NCBI GenBank assembly: GCA_040391605.1
Contig: JBEBXK010000008.1
Span: 46,635-110,634 of the forward strand
Source: Vulgatibacter incomptus
GTDB taxonomy: Bacteria; Myxococcota; Myxococcia; Myxococcales; Vulgatibacteraceae
Direction: 5' to 3'
Length of the DNA: 64,000 nt
Under the pieces are notes generated by a model, which was not told the DNA's origin, ran no database searches, and was given only the letters and a program-made list of their open reading frames with translations. Of the stretch, positions 60,680 through 64,000 are shown one piece after another (the first letter of the stretch is position 1; each line of letters begins with the position of its first letter). Position numbers and translations under genes: made by a program.

Positions 60680-61120
60680 GGCGCCAGCGGTGGCTGGGGC
60701 GGCGGAGCAGTAGGGGGCGATCTTCTCGCGGAGCTCGTCGGACCAGGGTATGGGCGAGCGGCTGGCGGGATCGACGCGCACCATCACGCGGCTGCCGACG
60801 GCGTAGTCCAGGTCTTCGTCCAGCGGGAGCACCCGAAAGCCGAAGGTGAGGCTGGAGCGGCCGAGCTTCTCGACCCAGATCCGGACCCGGACGTCGCCGA
60901 TCCCCTCCACCGGTCGCTCGTAGTTGATGTGGTTGGCGCGGACGAGGTGGCTCTGATCCGGATGTCTCTCCAGATCGAGGACGCCGCGCCAGCCGAAGAT
61001 GTGCTCCCAGAATGCACCCACCGTTCGCTCGATCAGCAGCACGTAGCGAGCGTTGTGGAGGATCTGGTAGGCGTCGAGATCGTCGAAGTAGACGCCGTGG
61101 ACCGTCTCGAAGAATCGCAT
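60677..61120 (-). CDS. Acyl-CoA thioesterase (4HBT/YbgC hot-dog fold)
   Basis: VYFDDLDAYQILHNARY, INYERP and KLGRSSLTF. Confidence 0.88.
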   Translation of the reverse strand: MRFFETVHGVYFDDLDAYQILHNARYVLLIERTVGAFWEHIFGWRGVLDLERHPDQSHLVRANHINYERPVEGIGDVRVRIWVEKLGRSSLTFGFRVLPLDEDLDYAVGSRVMVRVDPASRSPIPWSDELREKIAPYCSAAPATAGA

Positions 61121-61298
61121 CGTCCGGAAGATAACCCGGAAGGCTCGGGGCCGCCCCGTGATCCTGCGGCTGCCGGAACTCCGCCTCGACCCGGGCCGGC
61201 TTCGGGGCTATACGAAGGAGCCTCACCGCCCGCCGATCCCGCGCGCCGCACGGCCGCTCGATCGTGCCGTCTTCGTCGGCGGGCGGAGCCAGGAGCCC

Positions 61299-62678
61299 AT
61301 GTCAGAGCGTCACGCCGGCGCGCAGTCCGCAGCCAGAGAAGAGTCGCCCGCCCTCTCTGCTACCGAGGGGGAGGCCATCGGCGACGCCGCCAGACGAGGC
61401 GCCGAGCGGGTGCCCTGGCAGGGGATCCCCGGACTCGATCGCCTCGGCAGGATGCTCGCGCCCTTCCTCGCCCTCGACCGCAGGATCTGGCTGCTGGCGC
61501 TGGCCCGCTCGATCAACACCATGGGCTTCTCGTTGGTGATGCCCTTCATGGCCATGCACCTGGTCGAGGATCGGGGGGCGACCGGCGCGTTCTACGGCGC
61601 GATCTACCTGGTGGCAGGGCTGGTCGCGGCCCTGGCACAGGGGATCTCCGGCGAGCTCGCCGATCGGATCGGCCGCCGCAAGATGATGATCGGCGGGCTG
61701 TCGCTGCGGGCCTTGAACATGGCGGCCCTCGGCTGGGCGGTGCTGGTCACGGCGTCGGTGCCGACGATCGGGCTGCTGGTGATCTCCAACGGCCTCTTGC
61801 GGGCCTGGTTCGAGCCGGCGGCCAGCGCGGCGGTCACCGAGCTCTCGCCCCCTGCGTCCAGGGTCGCGGCCTTCGGCCTGCAGCGGATCGGCCTGAACAT
61901 CGGCTGGGCGGTGGGGCCGGCCCTCGGCGGCTTCCTCGCCTCCCACTCCTACGGCACGCTCTTCTTCGTGGCGGCGCCGGCGACCCTCGTCACCATCCTC
62001 GCGATCCTCCCGGTGAAGGATCAGCCCCGGCCCGAGGCCCAAGCCGTCGAGCGTCCCGCGAGGCTCAGCCTCGAGGTCGCGTGGGCGGCGCTCCGCGAGA
62101 ATCGGGTCTTCGCCGGCTATCTGGTGCTGGTGCTCCTGGGCTCGGTGATGACGGTCCAGATCTTCTCGACCCTCTCCCTCTACGCCAGCGCGTCGCTCGG
62201 CATGACCAAGGCGGACGTCGGTCTCCTCTACACGATCAACGGCCTCTTCGTGGTCCTGCTCCAGGTGCCGGCGGTGGCGTTGGTGAAGCCATGGGGCATG
62301 CGGCGCGCCCTGGTCTTCGGGGCGATGCTCTACGGGGTGGGTTATGTGATCTTCGGCGTCTCCGGCGGCTTCGTGGGTCTCGCGGTGGGGATGGCGGTGC
62401 TCACGGCAGGGGAGGTGATCTTCGCGCCGGCGCTCTCCGACACCGCCGCGACCCTGGGCGATCCCGCCCGCATGGGCCGGGCCTTCGGACTCTTCGGTCT
62501 GATGCAGACCTTCGGGATCTCGTTGGGACCGCTGGTGGGCGGGCTCGCCTTCGATCATCTCCGCGACGATCCGCTGATGATGTGGGGGCTGATGGCGATC
62601 GGCATGGTCGGCGTCGCCGCCGCCTACTCCCGCTTCGGCAAGCGCCACCGCGTCTTCGACGACATGGTGGCCGGCTGA
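61299..62678 (+). CDS. MFS transporter (DHA/MdtH-like efflux)
   Basis: About 12 TM helices, GELADRIGRR (MFS motif A) and NIGWAVGPALGG. SD AGGAG before ATG 61299. Confidence 0.92.
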   Translation: MSERHAGAQSAAREESPALSATEGEAIGDAARRGAERVPWQGIPGLDRLGRMLAPFLALDRRIWLLALARSINTMGFSLVMPFMAMHLVEDRGATGAFYGAIYLVAGLVAALAQGISGELADRIGRRKMMIGGLSLRALNMAALGWAVLVTASVPTIGLLVISNGLLRAWFEPAASAAVTELSPPASRVAAFGLQRIGLNIGWAVGPALGGFLASHSYGTLFFVAAPATLVTILAILPVKDQPRPEAQAVERPARLSLEVAWAALRENRVFAGYLVLVLLGSVMTVQIFSTLSLYASASLGMTKADVGLLYTINGLFVVLLQVPAVALVKPWGMRRALVFGAMLYGVGYVIFGVSGGFVGLAVGMAVLTAGEVIFAPALSDTAATLGDPARMGRAFGLFGLMQTFGISLGPLVGGLAFDHLRDDPLMMWGLMAIGMVGVAAAYSRFGKRHRVFDDMVAG

Positions 62679-62759
62679 GCCCCGACGTCTCCGTGGGAGT
62701 GTGTGCGGTTTGGAGCGCGGGGCCGACGAAGCGGGAGGGAGCGCAGCGGCGGTCCTTCG

Positions 62760-63086
62760 TCAATAGCGCGGGACCCTGGGGTCGACCTCCTGGGACCAGG
62801 CGTCGATGCCGCCGGCGAGGGAGACGGCCCCCGCGATGCCGAGGCGATGGAGGAAGGTCGCGCCGCTGATGCTCCGGACGCCATGGTGGCAGTAGACCAC
62901 CACCAGGGCGTCGGCCGGGATCTCGAGCTCATCGGCTCGGGACGGGAGCTGCTCCAACGGGATGGCTACGTCGCCTGGCAGCCTGGCGAGCTCGCGCTCC
63001 CAGGGGTGGCGGACGTCGACGAGGAGGGTGGGCTCGCCTGCCTTCAGCCGCGCCTCGAGCTCGGTGCTTCGGATCTCCTGGACCAT
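62760..63086 (-). CDS. Rhodanese-like domain protein
   Basis: LLVDVRHPWE, VVYCHHGVRS and SLAGGIDAWS...DP.VPRY. Confidence 0.9.
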   Translation of the reverse strand: MVQEIRSTELEARLKAGEPTLLVDVRHPWERELARLPGDVAIPLEQLPSRADELEIPADALVVVYCHHGVRSISGATFLHRLGIAGAVSLAGGIDAWSQEVDPRVPRY

Positions 63087-63231
63087 CCGCTCTTTCTGCC
63101 AGCGCGGCGGGGAGATTGCCACCGCGAAGCGAGCCCCAAGCGGAGCGGCGCCGCGGTCCCCGATTCGGGCTGGATTTTCGTGGATGGCTGAAGCAGACAA
63201 GGGGGCCGCATCGCTCTACGTCGGAGATCCC

Positions 63232-64000
63232 ATGAGCCCAACATTCGACTTCCTGCTTCGAGGGGGGACCCTGGTGAACCAGAACGGGATCGGGGTGGCC
63301 GACGTCGGGATCCGCGCCGGCCGCATCGCCGCGCTGGGCGATCTGGCCCAGGCCAGCGCGGCGGAGGAGTTGGACGCCACCGGACTCCACGTGCTCCCCG
63401 GCGTGATCGACACCCAGGTCCACTTCCGGGAGCCGGGGGCCGAACATAAGGAGGATCTCTCCACCGGCACGGCGGCGGCGATCCTGGGCGGGGTGACCTC
63501 CGTCTTCGAGATGCCGAACACCAGCCCGGCCACCACCACCGCGGAGGCCCTCGCGGACAAGATCGATCGGGCGGGCGGCCGGGCCTATTGTGACTTCGCC
63601 TTCTACATCGGCGCCAGCCACGAGAACGTGGACCAGCTCGCCGCGCTGGAGCGGCTGCCGGGCTGCGCCGGGATCAAGATCTTCATGGGATCGTCCACCG
63701 GCGATCTGCTGGTGGAGGACGACGAGGCCCTGGCCCGGATCCTCGCGGGTGGCAGCCGGCGGGTGGCGGTCCACTGCGAGGACGAGGAGCGGCTGCGGGA
63801 GCGCCGCGCCATAGCGGAGGAGGCGGGGAGGCCGCAGGCGCATCCCGAGTGGCGCGACGCGGTTACGGCGTTCCGGGCGACCGAGCGCCTGCTGCGCCTC
63901 GCGCGGGCGGCGGGGCGCCGGGTCCACGTGCTCCACGTGACCACGTCGGAGGAGCTGCAGATCCTCGCTGCGAGCAAGGATCTGGCCACGGTGGAGGTCA
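63232..64000 (+). CDS. pyrC: Dihydroorotase (partial, runs off the window end)
   Basis: Not in the ORF track. My translation gives MSPTFDFLLRGGTLV...LPGVIDTQVHFREPG.EHKEDL..GT.AAILGGVT.VFEMPNT...GIKIFMGSSTG...HCEDE...VHVLHVTT. Confidence 0.88.
   Translation, partial: MSPTFDFLLRGGTLVNQNGIGVADVGIRAGRIAALGDLAQASAAEELDATGLHVLPGVIDTQVHFREPGAEHKEDLSTGTAAAILGGVTSVFEMPNTSPATTTAEALADKIDRAGGRAYCDFAFYIGASHENVDQLAALERLPGCAGIKIFMGSSTGDLLVEDDEALARILAGGSRRVAVHCEDEERLRERRAIAEEAGRPQAHPEWRDAVTAFRATERLLRLARAAGRRVHVLHVTTSEELQILAASKDLATVEV

Overview
GC-rich chromosomal segment, most likely from a myxobacterium (Myxococcota). This is inferred from a MYXO-CTERM-like sorting signal, myxobacterial Cys-rich lipoprotein repeats and Myxococcus-like LexA boxes. 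About 55 CDSs are supported. Housekeeping genes: topA, clpS-clpA, hemH, mltG, pyrC (partial), three rRNA methyltransferase-like genes, transporters, and a Tat-exported Fe/Mn SOD. Pathway clusters: ergothioneine genes (egtD/egtC-egtB) and an SOS mutasome (imuA-imuB-dnaE2) split by a Uma2 nuclease gene, with a duplicated LexA-box promoter. Accessory envelope loci: a TPR-CHAT caspase-like protein with an orphan partner ORF; a four-gene operon of cytochrome c lipoprotein, YceI, heme-motif beta-barrel and di-heme lipoprotein; a lipoprotein with 13 knottin-like Cys repeats; and a MYXO-CTERM Ig/CARDB surface protein. The most striking non-coding signal is a dispersed ~100-130 bp MITE/REP-like element with about 14 loci, some tandem. 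It has co-varying hairpins, TCA flanks, and a right end that repeatedly coincides with TGA stop codons. Two other inverted-repeat-bounded mini-elements are present. I found no rRNA, tRNA, CRISPR array, integrase or intact transposase. All calls come from reading motifs by eye; no database searches were run. Many start codons were re-assigned from the ORF track using Shine-Dalgarno (SD) and signal-peptide context.
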